Source: Limnochordaceae bacterium (GTDB lineage Bacteria; Bacillota; Limnochordia; Limnochordales; DUMU01). Taken from it: a stretch of DNA of 64,000 nucleotides. Under the pieces are notes generated by a model. That model was not told where the DNA came from. It worked only from the letters and a program-made list of their open reading frames with translations, and did not search any database. The stretch spans positions 78,850-142,849 of the forward strand of contig JADBKQ010000006.1 in the NCBI GenBank assembly GCA_014896305.1. Reading direction: 5' to 3'. Within the stretch, counting starts at the first letter, position 1, and each line of letters begins with the position of its first letter. The position numbers and the translations under genes are program-made. Positions 9,587-19,603 of the stretch are shown here, in pieces.

Positions 9587-11203
9587 ATGAAGTCGATGCA
9601 GCGGATCGCCATCGTGGATTACGGCATGGGCAACCTGCGCAGCGTGCAAAAGGCGTTGGAGCGAGCGTTGTCGCCTCAGGACGCCCGGCGTGTTCCAGGC
9701 AGCAAGGATGGCTGGAGCGTTGCAGATGGCAGGGAGGCGGGGCTGGCAGCGCCTGCCGGGGTTGTTGGGGAGGGCCAGTTTGCTGTCGAGGTCACGGATG
9801 ACCCGGTGCAGGTGGCACAGGCTGATGCGGTGGTTTTGCCGGGAGTGGGCGCGTTTGGCGCCGCGATGGCCAATTTGCGAACAGCGGGGTTGGACGAGGT
9901 CGTACGCCAGGCGATTGCCGAGGATCGCCCGTTTCTGGGGATTTGCCTGGGGCTGCAGCTGCTGTTTGACGAGAGCGAAGAACGGTTTGGCGAAGAGCAT
10001 GGCCCGAGAGGACTCGGAGTTTTGCCCGGACGGGTTCGACGCTTCCCGGCTGGCCGGAAGGTGCCACAGATCGGCTGGAATTCCCTGGAGTTAGTCCCCA
10101 GCCCCTTGTGGGCAGGGCTCGAGGGAGAGCCCTACGCGTATTTTGTTCACTCGTATTACGTGGATCCGCTGGACCAGGGGCTGGTTTCGGCCTGGGCAGA
10201 GTATGGGGTGCGGTTTGCGGCGGCGGTGCGCCGGGGGAATCTGTTTGCCGTTCAGTTTCACCCGGAAAAGAGCAGCCAGGTGGGGCAGACCATTTTGCGC
10301 AATTTCGGTGCGGTGGTGAAGCAAGCCGCGCGAGCGCCGCAGTTTTTTGTGCCTGCCATCGACCTGCGCCATGGCCATTGCGTCCGCCTGGTGCAGGGTG
10401 ATCCAGGCCGCCAGACCGAGTATGCGGACGATCCAGTGGCGGTGGCCCGGCGGTTGGCCCAGGCCGGAGCCGGGCGGTTGCACGTGGTGGACCTGGATGG
10501 GGCGCTGGCCGGTTCACCGCAGCAGCTGTCGCTGGTGGCGGAGATCACGCGGGCCTGCCCCGGAGTGGCGGTGGAGCTGGGTGGGGGTCTACGCACGCTG
10601 GAGCAGATGGAGGCGGCCCTGGCGGCCGGAGTTCACCAGGTGATTTTGGGGACGGTGGCGCTGGAGCAGCCAGAGCTATTGGCTCAGGCTGTGCGGCGCT
10701 TTCCGGGGCGGGTGGTGGTTGGGCTGGACGGCCGGGAGGGGCTGGTGGCGATACGCGGCTGGCAAGAGCCGTCCCGCCAGCGGATGGCGGACGCGCTGCG
10801 GCACGTGCTGACGACGGGCGTCCGGCGAGTGATCGTCACCGACATCCGGACCGATGGGAGCCTGACCGGCCCGAACTGGAGCTTGTTGCAGGAGCTGGCT
10901 GCCGTTGCGGCAGAGGCCATCGGGGCGCAAGAATCCCATGAAGGCCAGGGACCGGCGTCCCGGGTCGAACTGGTCGCTTCCGGTGGCGTCCGGGATGCGG
11001 CCGACGTGGAGGCGCTGGCCCGTTCTCCGCTGGAACTGGCGGGGGTCGTGGTAGGGAAGGCATTGTACGAGGGGCGGCTCAGTGCAGAGCAAGGGTTGGC
11101 GGCCGCTCGGCGTGGGCTGGTGGCTCGCCTGCCCATGTCGCCTGCCAGGGCCGAGTTGGAATCGGGCGATTCCCCGGCGGACCACTGCGGAGTGAGCGGG
11201 TAA
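9587..11203 (+). CDS. hisH-hisA: Fused imidazole glycerol phosphate synthase glutaminase subunit (HisH) and ProFAR isomerase (HisA), one 538-aa ORF
   Basis: The N-terminal half has HisH motifs: IAIVDYGMGNLRSVQKALE, LPGVGAFG, PFLGICLGLQLL, FVHSYY, QFHPEKS. This runs without a stop, through a linker near 10307-10346, into HisA: VPAIDLRHGHCVRLVQGD, LHVVDLDGA, VIVTDIRTDGSLTGPN, GVVVGKALYEG. Confidence 0.85.
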   Translation: MKSMQRIAIVDYGMGNLRSVQKALERALSPQDARRVPGSKDGWSVADGREAGLAAPAGVVGEGQFAVEVTDDPVQVAQADAVVLPGVGAFGAAMANLRTAGLDEVVRQAIAEDRPFLGICLGLQLLFDESEERFGEEHGPRGLGVLPGRVRRFPAGRKVPQIGWNSLELVPSPLWAGLEGEPYAYFVHSYYVDPLDQGLVSAWAEYGVRFAAAVRRGNLFAVQFHPEKSSQVGQTILRNFGAVVKQAARAPQFFVPAIDLRHGHCVRLVQGDPGRQTEYADDPVAVARRLAQAGAGRLHVVDLDGALAGSPQQLSLVAEITRACPGVAVELGGGLRTLEQMEAALAAGVHQVILGTVALEQPELLAQAVRRFPGRVVVGLDGREGLVAIRGWQEPSRQRMADALRHVLTTGVRRVIVTDIRTDGSLTGPNWSLLQELAAVAAEAIGAQESHEGQGPASRVELVASGGVRDAADVEALARSPLELAGVVVGKALYEGRLSAEQGLAAARRGLVARLPMSPARAELESGDSPADHCGVSG

Positions 11204-11295
11204 GGTGGGATCGGGGAGGCCGCGCAGGAGTAGCAGGAAGTCTGTGGACCTGAACAGACCCAGAGATCGGTAATGCAGTAGTGAGGAACGGAACG

Positions 11296-12063
11296 ATGCT
11301 GGCAAGACGGATTATTCCCTGCCTGGATGTAAAAGACGGCCGGGTGGTGAAGGGTACCCATTTCGTTGAGCTGCGGGATGCGGGTGATCCTGTGGAACTT
11401 GCCGCCTATTACGACCGTCAGGGCGCCGACGAGCTTGTCTTCCTGGACATCACCGCCTCGGCCGAGGGGCGGCGGACGACGGTGGAGATGGCCCGACGGG
11501 TGGCGGAGGAGGTCTTCATTCCGTTCACTGTGGGCGGGGGGATCTCCAGCGCCGAGCAGATGCGGGATCTGCTGTTGGCCGGAGCAGACAAGGTCTCCAT
11601 CAACACCGCGGCCGTGCAACAGCCGGCGCTGATTCGGCAGGGGGCGGAGCGGTTTGGCAGCCAGTGCATCGTGGTGGCGATCGACGCCCGGCGAACGGCC
11701 AGCGGTTCACCTGAGTACGAGGTGGTTATCCACGGGGGGCGGACACCGACCGGCCTCGATGCCGTCGCCTGGGCCAGGCAAGCGGAGGAGCTGGGGGCGG
11801 GGGAGATCCTGCTGACCAGCATGGATACAGACGGAGTGCAGCACGGGTATGACCTGGCGCTGACCCGGGCGGTGGCGCAGGCGGTGGGCATCCCGGTGAT
11901 CGCCTCGGGCGGCGCAGGCAGCCTGGAAGATCTACGGCAAGCGCTGACGGAGGGGAAGGCGGACGCGGCGCTGGCGGCTTCCATTTTCCACTACGGGAAG
12001 TTCACGATAGGAGAGGCGAAGCGCTTTTTGCGGGCGGCCGGCGTGCCGGTGCGGGTAGTGTAA
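11296..12063 (+). CDS. hisF: Imidazole glycerol phosphate synthase cyclase subunit
   Basis: [60 protein letters not shown]. Confidence 0.93.
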   Translation: MLARRIIPCLDVKDGRVVKGTHFVELRDAGDPVELAAYYDRQGADELVFLDITASAEGRRTTVEMARRVAEEVFIPFTVGGGISSAEQMRDLLLAGADKVSINTAAVQQPALIRQGAERFGSQCIVVAIDARRTASGSPEYEVVIHGGRTPTGLDAVAWARQAEELGAGEILLTSMDTDGVQHGYDLALTRAVAQAVGIPVIASGGAGSLEDLRQALTEGKADAALAASIFHYGKFTIGEAKRFLRAAGVPVRVV

Positions 12064-13002
12064 GTGAAAGACGAGTTGGCGGGGACGACGGGGGACAGCG
12101 GGAAAGGGCGAGGCTGGTTGGATAGCGAGCAGAGTCGCAACAGTGACCAGAACAGTAACAGCAACCAGAACAGCCACGAGCTCGGGAACAACGATGGTAG
12201 CAAGAGCGAGGGCCGTACGGGGCGGGTGGCGCCGGCCCTGCGTTTCCGGGACGGCCTGCTCCCTGCCATCGTGCAGGATGTCCGGACGGGTCAGGTATTG
12301 ATGCTGGCGTACATGAACGAAGAGTCGCTTCGCCGTACGCTGGCTGAGGGCCGGACCTGGTTTTGGAGCCGGACGCGGCGCTCGCTCTGGATGAAAGGCG
12401 AGACCAGCGGCAACGTGCAAAAGGTGGTTTCGGTCACGGAAGATTGCGATGGAGACGCTCTGCTGGTGCAAGTGGAACAGCAGGGGACCGGCGCCTGCCA
12501 CGAGGGCGATTTCTCATGCTTCCATTATCCCTTGAGCGAATTTTCCACGTTGAATCGGGGGGCGGGCAGCGTCGCGTTGTCCCCGTCGACTGCGGCGGTT
12601 GCGCCTACCGAGCCGGCTGCGGCGACGACGTCAGCCGTGTCAACGCCCACCCCTGCGATGACCCCGGCGAGCTCACCGGCGACATCTCTTGGACCTGGCG
12701 CGGCGGACGCCCCCTTTGCCGGGGCGGAGATCCTGGCAGAGCTGTGGCAGGTCATCGAAGAGCGGCGACGGCAACCACGGGAGGGCTCATATACTTCGAA
12801 GCTGTTCGCTCAGGGGATGGAACGGATCGCCAAGAAGGTGGGCGAAGAGGCGACCGAGGTGGTCATCGAGGCCCTGAAGAAGGACAACCGGGCCGCTTTT
12901 GTCTACGAGAACGCCGACCTCATCTACCACCTGTTGGTGATGCTGGCCGCCAAGGGTGTGACGCCTGCCGAGGTCTTTGCCGAGCTCAGCCGCAGGCGTT
13001 GA
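12064..13002 (+). CDS. hisIE: Bifunctional phosphoribosyl-AMP cyclohydrolase / phosphoribosyl-ATP pyrophosphatase
   Basis: The HisI core is [50 protein letters not shown]. After an Ala/Thr/Pro linker comes the HisE core [29 protein letters not shown]. The GTG start directly follows the hisF stop. The N-terminal roughly 55 aa are low complexity, so the true start is uncertain. Confidence 0.88.
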   Translation: MKDELAGTTGDSGKGRGWLDSEQSRNSDQNSNSNQNSHELGNNDGSKSEGRTGRVAPALRFRDGLLPAIVQDVRTGQVLMLAYMNEESLRRTLAEGRTWFWSRTRRSLWMKGETSGNVQKVVSVTEDCDGDALLVQVEQQGTGACHEGDFSCFHYPLSEFSTLNRGAGSVALSPSTAAVAPTEPAAATTSAVSTPTPAMTPASSPATSLGPGAADAPFAGAEILAELWQVIEERRRQPREGSYTSKLFAQGMERIAKKVGEEATEVVIEALKKDNRAAFVYENADLIYHLLVMLAAKGVTPAEVFAELSRRR

Positions 13003-13122
13003 CAAGCCCAACCCTATGTCGAGGTCAACCAGCCGGAATACCCGATGCTGGTGTTGAGGACAACAGGCGGGCGGCCACACACATGTCACGTCCATGTCAG
13101 GTCAATAAGACGGAGGATGCTA

Positions 13123-13899
13123 ATGGAACCGGTGAAGCCATTGCGGCGCTTTCAGGTAGATCGACTTACTGTGCAGATATATGAGGACCGGGAGAGCCTG
13201 GGAAGGGCGGCGGCAGCTGCGGTCGGGCAGCTGTGGCGGCAGCTTCCTGGTTCTGGGCCGGTGCGGATGATCTTTGCCGCTGCTCCTTCGCAAAACGAGT
13301 TCCTGGCTCATTTGCAAAAGCAACCCGAGGTAGACTGGGGCCGGGTGGTCGCTTTCCACCTCGATGAGTATCTGGGGCTGCCCGCCTCTGCTCCTCAGAG
13401 CTTTCACACCTATCTGCGTTCGCATCTGTTTGACACCGTACACCCTGGAACCATTCACTGGCTGAACGGCGAGACGACCGTTCCGGCGGCAGAATGTGCC
13501 CGGTACGGTGCCTTGCTGGACGCGGCGCCCCTGGACATCGCTTGCGTGGGCGTGGGTGAGAACGGTCACCTGGCGTTTAACGATCCGCCGGTTGCCGACT
13601 TCGAGGACCCGTACACCGTGAAGGTGGTGGAACTTGACCCCAAAGATCGCCAGCAGCAGGTGAACGATGGCTGTTTTCCCAGTCTGGACGCAGTGCCCCG
13701 CCAGGCGCTGACGGTGACCATTCCTCCCTTGATCCGTAGCCGGGCGATCGTCTGTGTCGTGCCAGGGGAGCGGAAGGCGGTGGCGATTCGTTCGCTGCTC
13801 ACCGGTCCCATCGACACCAGCTGCCCGGCCTCTATCCTGCGTCGCCATCCCCAGGCGGTTCTGTTCCTGGACCAGGCATCGGCTTCGGCCTTGGCCTAG
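13123..13899 (+). CDS. Glucosamine-6-phosphate deaminase/isomerase family protein (NagB-like)
   Basis: GGAGG lies 6 nt upstream of the ATG at 13123. Motifs: MIFAAAPSQNEF, FHLDEYLGL, GVGENGHLAFNDPP. Confidence 0.8.
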   Translation: MEPVKPLRRFQVDRLTVQIYEDRESLGRAAAAAVGQLWRQLPGSGPVRMIFAAAPSQNEFLAHLQKQPEVDWGRVVAFHLDEYLGLPASAPQSFHTYLRSHLFDTVHPGTIHWLNGETTVPAAECARYGALLDAAPLDIACVGVGENGHLAFNDPPVADFEDPYTVKVVELDPKDRQQQVNDGCFPSLDAVPRQALTVTIPPLIRSRAIVCVVPGERKAVAIRSLLTGPIDTSCPASILRRHPQAVLFLDQASASALA

Positions 13900-13939
13900 G
13901 GCGAGCCCCCCCTCTTGCTCTCCTGGCAGGCGCAGCGGG

Positions 13940-14737
13940 TCAGACCTGCCGCACGGCGGCGAGGCGGTCCGGGCGATTGCTGATGAGGCCGTCCACACCC
14001 CAGTCAGCTAGAGTTTGCAGGCGGTGCGGATCGTCCACCGTCCAGGCGATCACGCCCAGGTCGGCGGTATGAGCAAGGGCGATCAGTTCCGGCGAGATGA
14101 AGAGTTCAAGGGGGTGCAGGAACTGGGCCTGTGCGAACTCGGTCATCGCCTGCCAGGCAGCCGGGCCGGGGTTGGCAGTGTACAGGACGCCGCGGGGAAT
14201 GGCCGGCGCCAGCTGAGCCATGCGACGCAGGGCGTAGTGTTCAAAAGAAGAGAATAGGAGTGGCTGGTCGAACTGGCTGGCCTCGATGACCTGCAACACA
14301 GCCTCTTCAAAGCCTGGCTGCAGCAGGTAGCTGCTTTTCAGCTCGATGTTGAGGCCGGCGCGGCCGCGGCACAGGTCGAGGACTTCGGCCAGGGTGGGGA
14401 TGCGGGTGCCGCGGTAATTCTCGCCAAAATGTGCGCCTGCATCCAGTCTCTGGACCTCGGCCAGAGTGAGCGAGGCCACCGGGCCATGGCCGTCGGTGGT
14501 GCGGTCTACCGTGGCGTCGTGCAGGACAACGATGTGGCCGTCCCGGGTCATCTGCACATCCAATTCGATGAGGTCGACACCGAACTCCAGCGCTTTGGCG
14601 AAGGACGGTAACGTGTTTTCGGGGGCGAGGGTCGGTGCACCACGGTGGGCGATGCGCCACGGGCGAGGGCGATGGAGCAGCAGCGGTAGGGTAGAGGACG
14701 GGGTCGGATGGGCGGGGGGATTGGGCGCATCAACCAT
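13940..14737 (-). CDS. Glycerophosphodiester phosphodiesterase (GlpQ/UgpQ family)
   Basis: IAHRGAPTLAPENTLPSFAKALEFGVDLIELDVQMTRDGHIVVLHD. The start is ambiguous: 14737, 14761 or the GTG at 14785. Confidence 0.8.
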   Translation of the reverse strand: MVDAPNPPAHPTPSSTLPLLLHRPRPWRIAHRGAPTLAPENTLPSFAKALEFGVDLIELDVQMTRDGHIVVLHDATVDRTTDGHGPVASLTLAEVQRLDAGAHFGENYRGTRIPTLAEVLDLCRGRAGLNIELKSSYLLQPGFEEAVLQVIEASQFDQPLLFSSFEHYALRRMAQLAPAIPRGVLYTANPGPAAWQAMTEFAQAQFLHPLELFISPELIALAHTADLGVIAWTVDDPHRLQTLADWGVDGLISNRPDRLAAVRQV

Positions 14738-15165
14738 ATGACCAGCCCTTTCTGTAGACATCGAGCCCAGGGCCAGCTCGTGCACTCTCGTTTGTCACCC
14801 AGGAAATTACAGGCTTGCCTTGCTTGCAGTCATTCGTTGTCTTGGTGTCACTGCATATTGGCCATAGCCCTGGCTTTTCCTTCTAGAGGTGTTGTACCTG
14901 TTGGTGACCTTTTTGAGCAGGGTGGGCTCTGGCTAGCCCTGTTATCGGCAGATCCGCTACTGTGGCGAGCTAGCCAGAGGGGGTGTCGTCGGAGTATAGA
15001 GTATATCGATATAAGAAACGACTATTCGGCAGGAGGTATACCTTGCCCGTCGAACATCCTTACCGCTGGTGAGCACACCATAACCAGGAAAAAAGAAAGC
15101 GATTTCACTCGGGGTGTCTCGCCAGCCTTCGGGATCAGCCATGGAAGAGAAGGAGGTAGGTTTGG

Positions 15166-16491
15166 GTGAAAGGACAAGGGCATTGGCACAGGAGGACGAG
15201 AGTTGCGTTCCTCGCTGGTATGCTGGCCGTCGCAATGGCTGCAGGCCTGGCCGGGGCACTGGCGGTGCCGACTCGAGCCGCGGGCAGCCCGGTGACGATC
15301 ACCTGGTGGAGCTGGTCGCATGATGCTGAGTTGGAGAACGTGAAGAAGTACGTCGCACAGTTCGAAAAGGCCAACCCGGACATCAAGGTCAACCTGGTCT
15401 ATGTCAACTGGACCGACATCCCGAAGAAGCTGCCGATCGCGGTAGCGGGGGGCAGCGCTCCCGACGTGGTCAACGTAGACCCATACTGGGCCTATGATCT
15501 GGCCGATGCTGGCGTCTACTACGATTTGACTGAACTGGCGCAAAGGGATCTCAAAGCGGACCCTGCTTACGACATTGCCGATATCTTCCCTGGAGCTCTG
15601 CAGATGTTCCAGACCATGGACGGAAGGCAGTTTGGCTGGCCTGACAACCTGGACATTCAGGGCTTCTTTTACAACACCGATCTCTACGATGCAGCCGGGC
15701 TTGTTAGCCCGAATGATCAGCCTTGGAATTGGCAGACTATGCTAGAAGATGCCATCAAGCTGACGCGGGATACCAACAATGATAACAAACCGGAACAATA
15801 CGGTTTCAGCGAGTGGTATTTCGACTGGTATCAGCTGGTTCTGGCCAACGGCGGCCAGATTATTACCAGTGACCTCAAGAACGCTCTCCGTTCCTCTGCT
15901 GCCCGGCAGGCTATGGAGTATTGGTACAAGTTTAATCAGGCCAAGGTTATTGCCCCCTATGTCACTGGCCAACCCAACCCTGCTCAGATGTTCAACCAGG
16001 GTAAGGTGGGCATTCAGCCTTGCGGCTATTACCTTAGCTTGACACTGAACAAACTCGAACGCCCGATTGGCTACGATGTCACGAACCATCCGCTCAGCCC
16101 CATCGGCAAGCGGGCGGCGACGGCGGGTGGCGGCGGGTACATCATCCCGAAGACCAGCAAGCATGTGGAAGAGGCCTGGCGGTTGATCAAGTTCCTGACG
16201 TCGAAGGAGACGTTGGCGCAGGTCTTGCAACAGCCTGGTGCTATGCCGCTACGTCGTTCGCAGGTGGGCATGGCCTTCAGCGCCACTTTCCCACCCAAGC
16301 ACAAGGCGGTGTTCGGCCAGATCCTGGGTTACACGGTTTCGTCGCCGCAAGTGCCCCACTGGAGCACAGTGCGCGAAAAGATCATGGGCGACATGGGGAA
16401 GTATTTCTCCGGCCAAGTCAGCATGGATCAGGCGCTGGACCAGCTGGACAAGGATTTGGCGGTCATCTACCGGGATCGGGCGACAAAGTAG
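15166..16491 (+). CDS. ABC transporter solute-binding protein (family 1), no adjacent permease genes
   Basis: RBS gaaggaggt lies 8 nt upstream of the GTG. Signal-like N-terminus (RRTRVAFLAGMLAVAMAAGLAGA). The body is typical of sugar SBPs. Confidence 0.8.
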   Translation: MKGQGHWHRRTRVAFLAGMLAVAMAAGLAGALAVPTRAAGSPVTITWWSWSHDAELENVKKYVAQFEKANPDIKVNLVYVNWTDIPKKLPIAVAGGSAPDVVNVDPYWAYDLADAGVYYDLTELAQRDLKADPAYDIADIFPGALQMFQTMDGRQFGWPDNLDIQGFFYNTDLYDAAGLVSPNDQPWNWQTMLEDAIKLTRDTNNDNKPEQYGFSEWYFDWYQLVLANGGQIITSDLKNALRSSAARQAMEYWYKFNQAKVIAPYVTGQPNPAQMFNQGKVGIQPCGYYLSLTLNKLERPIGYDVTNHPLSPIGKRAATAGGGGYIIPKTSKHVEEAWRLIKFLTSKETLAQVLQQPGAMPLRRSQVGMAFSATFPPKHKAVFGQILGYTVSSPQVPHWSTVREKIMGDMGKYFSGQVSMDQALDQLDKDLAVIYRDRATK

Positions 16492-16569
16492 GAGGATGGC
16501 GAAGCCGGAGTAGAAGGGGAGCGAAGCCGGAAGCAGGAAGGTAGCGAAACCCGAAGCAGGTAGGAAGAA

Positions 16570-16616
16570 GCGGAAGAAAACGGACGGGCGTGCCCTTTAC
16601 TCTCGGGGGCACGCCT
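16570..16616 (-). terminator. Rho-independent terminator candidate after the helicase gene
   Basis: A 9-10 bp GC stem (16586-16595 pairs with 16607-16616) is followed, on the minus strand, by GTCCGTTTTCTTCC. It lies between convergent genes. Confidence 0.6.
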
Positions 16617-16655
16617 GCCTACCAACCCATCTGCGCCTGTCAGAGCGGGAAAACG

Positions 16656-19445
16656 TCAGAGTCGGGCCTGTACGACATCCCGATCCAGCCCTGCTACCGC
16701 AGCGCGGACATTCTGCTGCAGTTGCCCATCGGTGGGCAGGGCCTGGCTCATCTGCCGCAATAGGTCGATGGCTTGGCGACAAACGGTCACCAGGTCCCCC
16801 GGTTCGAGCGGGTGTCTTTCCAAAAGTTCGCCCAGGCTGATGCCGGCTGCCCATTCTTCCAGCGGCTCGGCTGCCGCCATGGAAAGCCGCAGTTCCCGGC
16901 CGTGTTCTTTGTCGGAGTAGCCGGCTCGTTCCCAGCGACGGCGCAGCCGGTCGGCCACCGCTGCCGCCTCCTTCCACCAGGCGGGTGGCCGGGTCGGCAA
17001 CGGCCAGCGTACGCCGGTCTCCAGCGCTTCGTCACCGACGATCGCGCCCGCCAGGCCCGCCAATTGCGCGGGGGTGAGGCGCTGCGGTACCCCTTCATAA
17101 AGGAGTTCAGTCACCAAGAGCTCGTGAACATACAGCCGGCGGCAGATCTGGCCCCGCGGCAACAGGCGGAAGCCGCAGTACGGCCGTACGGTCGCACCAG
17201 GAGTGGACGCGATCGGTTCAATGTATTCAAGCTGCGTCAATGTGGCCAGACGCTGGTGATACTCGACCAGCAGTGGGGAGGGATTCTCCTCCAACACCAG
17301 GGTTGGCCGTGATTGTGACGTATTTTTGTCCTCGCCTTGGTGAGCAGAAGAAAGACGCGAAGCAGCCTGCTTCTGCGATTGTGACGTATTTTTGTCCTCG
17401 CCTTGGTAGGCCCTGAGGGAACGACGGAGTACCTCTTCGGCCTGGGCCACTCCCCGTTGCCAGGTCAAGTTGAGAACGAAGTTGTACGACAGATGCAGGT
17501 GGCTCACGATAGGCTCGGCCTGTACCTTTTCCCAGTCTATGGCGATGGGCAGCTCCGGCCAGCGGTTGGTGGCCAGCCAGCGTTGCAGGTCGTGGAACTC
17601 GATGCGGCTGATCACCATGCCTACCCGGTCGATCCCCCGCCGCCCCGCCCGTCCCGCCATCTGCAGATACTCCTGCCGAGTGAGGGGGCGCAGGTGCGCC
17701 CCGGCGTGCTTCTCCAGCGTGTCGAAGCAGACGGCCCGGACCGGCATATTCACGCCGACGGCAAAGGTCTCGGTGGCATAGAGAACCCGCAGTACTCGCC
17801 GCTCCAGCAGGCTTTCCACGATGCGCTTGACGGCCGGCAGCAGGCCCGCGTGATGGTAAGCGATGCCCCGCTGCCAAAGTTGCATCAGTTTGGGCAGGTC
17901 GGGGATCTGGGCTGCCACCAGCCCGAGTTGCTTCAGGGTCTGCTCCACCGTGATGCGCACAGTCTCCTTCTGCGCTCGCCGTAGGTAGTCGTGGTGGCGG
18001 GCGAGCTGGGAAGCATACTGTTCACAACTGCGACGACTGAACACGAAGTAGAGGGTGGGGAAGAGGAGCTCGTCTTGCGCATACTGCACGAGCTGCAGGT
18101 GGGTGGTGCGGGTGCGCAGGCTGCGGTTGAACCGGCCGCCCAGCGCCAGCGCGGCCAGCCTCGATCCCAGCTCCTGCCAGTCCAGGGTCCGCCCCTTGAG
18201 CTCGAGGTCATCCCGGTCAGGGTAGGCCCAGTGCGTGAACGAGGCGAGCAGGCCGGAGGCATCCTGGACACCCGACCGTTCATTGAAGAAGCGGTGTACC
18301 AAAGGCACGCTGCGCTTGTGAGACTGGACCAGCGCACACGGTTCACCGGTGGCCTGAGTGATCCAGGCAGCGAGCTGGGCGGCGTTGGCGATGGTCGCCG
18401 ACAGCCCGAGCAGGTGAACTCCCGGCGGCAGGAGCAGGATGGCTTCTTCCCAAACCGTGCCCCGCTCTGGGTGGTCCAGGTAGTGGATTTCATCGAAGAT
18501 GACCCATGAGACGCCAGCCAGTACAGACGGCCCGGGAGAAGGGATAGCGGGCGACCGGGCCGTGCCGGAGGGTGTGGCAGGTGGCTGGGGTGTGCCGGGC
18601 GGTGTGGCGGACGACTGGGGCATGCCAGAGGGTGTGACGCACGACTGGGCCGTACCAGGTGCGGCGGGCGACTGGGCCGTGCTGGGGGCGGCGGGCGAAT
18701 GAGGCATGCCGGAGGGTGGGATGGGCGACTGGGGCATGCCGGAGGGCGGGATGGGCGACTGGGCTGCGGGCAGCGGGGATGCTGTCAGTGCCAGCGGTTC
18801 ACCGGGCGGGGTTGCCCACGGCGAAGCGGCTATATCGTCGGTGTACAGCAGCATATTTCGCAAAACCTCGGTGGTCATGAGGAGCAGAGGAGCGCCGGAA
18901 TTGGAGGAGACATCGCCGGTGAGGATTCCCACCCGGTGCGCGCCAAAGTGGCGGGCAAACTCGCGGTACTTCTGGTTCACCAGGGCCTTGACGGGGCCTG
19001 TGTAGTTGATACGCTGGTTGACTTTGAGAGCAGTGTCGACCAGGTAATCAGCGATGAGAGTCTTGCCTGTGCCCGTGGGGGCGCACACCAGAGTGGAAGT
19101 CTGCTGGTTGAGATACATAATCGCCTCAGACTGGAATGGATCCAGGCTGAGGCCGTGATACTCCCGGACCAGTGCAGCGAAGGGGCGTTGGGACGACTTC
19201 TTCGCCGAGACTCCTGACGCCAGCCCCGCCAGACTACCGCTGGAACGTTGGGGCAGAGCTACTCCGGCGGAATGCTGGGGCGGAGCTATTGCCGTGTCCC
19301 CCGCCGAACCTTCGGTTGGCTCCTCTTGCTCGTCCGGACCGCCCGCTGAGGAGTTCGCCGGGGTATCGCCAGAGGTTCGGATTTTCCCCAGTTCGCCTAG
19401 GGGAATCGTCAGCCGGTGTTCGTCCATATCTGCCACTGCTGTCAT
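16656..19445 (-). CDS. Ski2/HelY-like DEAD/DEAH-box (SF2) helicase with DSHCT-like C-terminus and repeat insertions
   Basis: LDPFQSEAIMYL..LVCAPTGTGKTLIADY, PVKALVNQKYREF, MTTEVLRNML, FDEIHYL, GLSATI, HHAGLLP, MAGRAGRRG. The C-terminal EWAAGISLGELL..GDLVTVCRQAIDLLRQ resembles the HelY/Mtr4 DSHCT region. Confidence 0.85.
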   Translation of the reverse strand: MTAVADMDEHRLTIPLGELGKIRTSGDTPANSSAGGPDEQEEPTEGSAGDTAIAPPQHSAGVALPQRSSGSLAGLASGVSAKKSSQRPFAALVREYHGLSLDPFQSEAIMYLNQQTSTLVCAPTGTGKTLIADYLVDTALKVNQRINYTGPVKALVNQKYREFARHFGAHRVGILTGDVSSNSGAPLLLMTTEVLRNMLLYTDDIAASPWATPPGEPLALTASPLPAAQSPIPPSGMPQSPIPPSGMPHSPAAPSTAQSPAAPGTAQSCVTPSGMPQSSATPPGTPQPPATPSGTARSPAIPSPGPSVLAGVSWVIFDEIHYLDHPERGTVWEEAILLLPPGVHLLGLSATIANAAQLAAWITQATGEPCALVQSHKRSVPLVHRFFNERSGVQDASGLLASFTHWAYPDRDDLELKGRTLDWQELGSRLAALALGGRFNRSLRTRTTHLQLVQYAQDELLFPTLYFVFSRRSCEQYASQLARHHDYLRRAQKETVRITVEQTLKQLGLVAAQIPDLPKLMQLWQRGIAYHHAGLLPAVKRIVESLLERRVLRVLYATETFAVGVNMPVRAVCFDTLEKHAGAHLRPLTRQEYLQMAGRAGRRGIDRVGMVISRIEFHDLQRWLATNRWPELPIAIDWEKVQAEPIVSHLHLSYNFVLNLTWQRGVAQAEEVLRRSLRAYQGEDKNTSQSQKQAASRLSSAHQGEDKNTSQSRPTLVLEENPSPLLVEYHQRLATLTQLEYIEPIASTPGATVRPYCGFRLLPRGQICRRLYVHELLVTELLYEGVPQRLTPAQLAGLAGAIVGDEALETGVRWPLPTRPPAWWKEAAAVADRLRRRWERAGYSDKEHGRELRLSMAAAEPLEEWAAGISLGELLERHPLEPGDLVTVCRQAIDLLRQMSQALPTDGQLQQNVRAAVAGLDRDVVQARL

Positions 19446-19603
19446 TCCTGTACGATGATGTCTCAGGTTCGGCTGCGGGTCCGCTCGTACCTGCGAGAAC
19501 GCCCAGCGTTTGCAGAGCTTAAGCCTGTCTGTCTCTATGTGCCAGAGCGCGTACAGATTCGGCTGGCCCGTGTGCTCATGTTAGGTTTCTCTGTGACCTG
19601 GCG

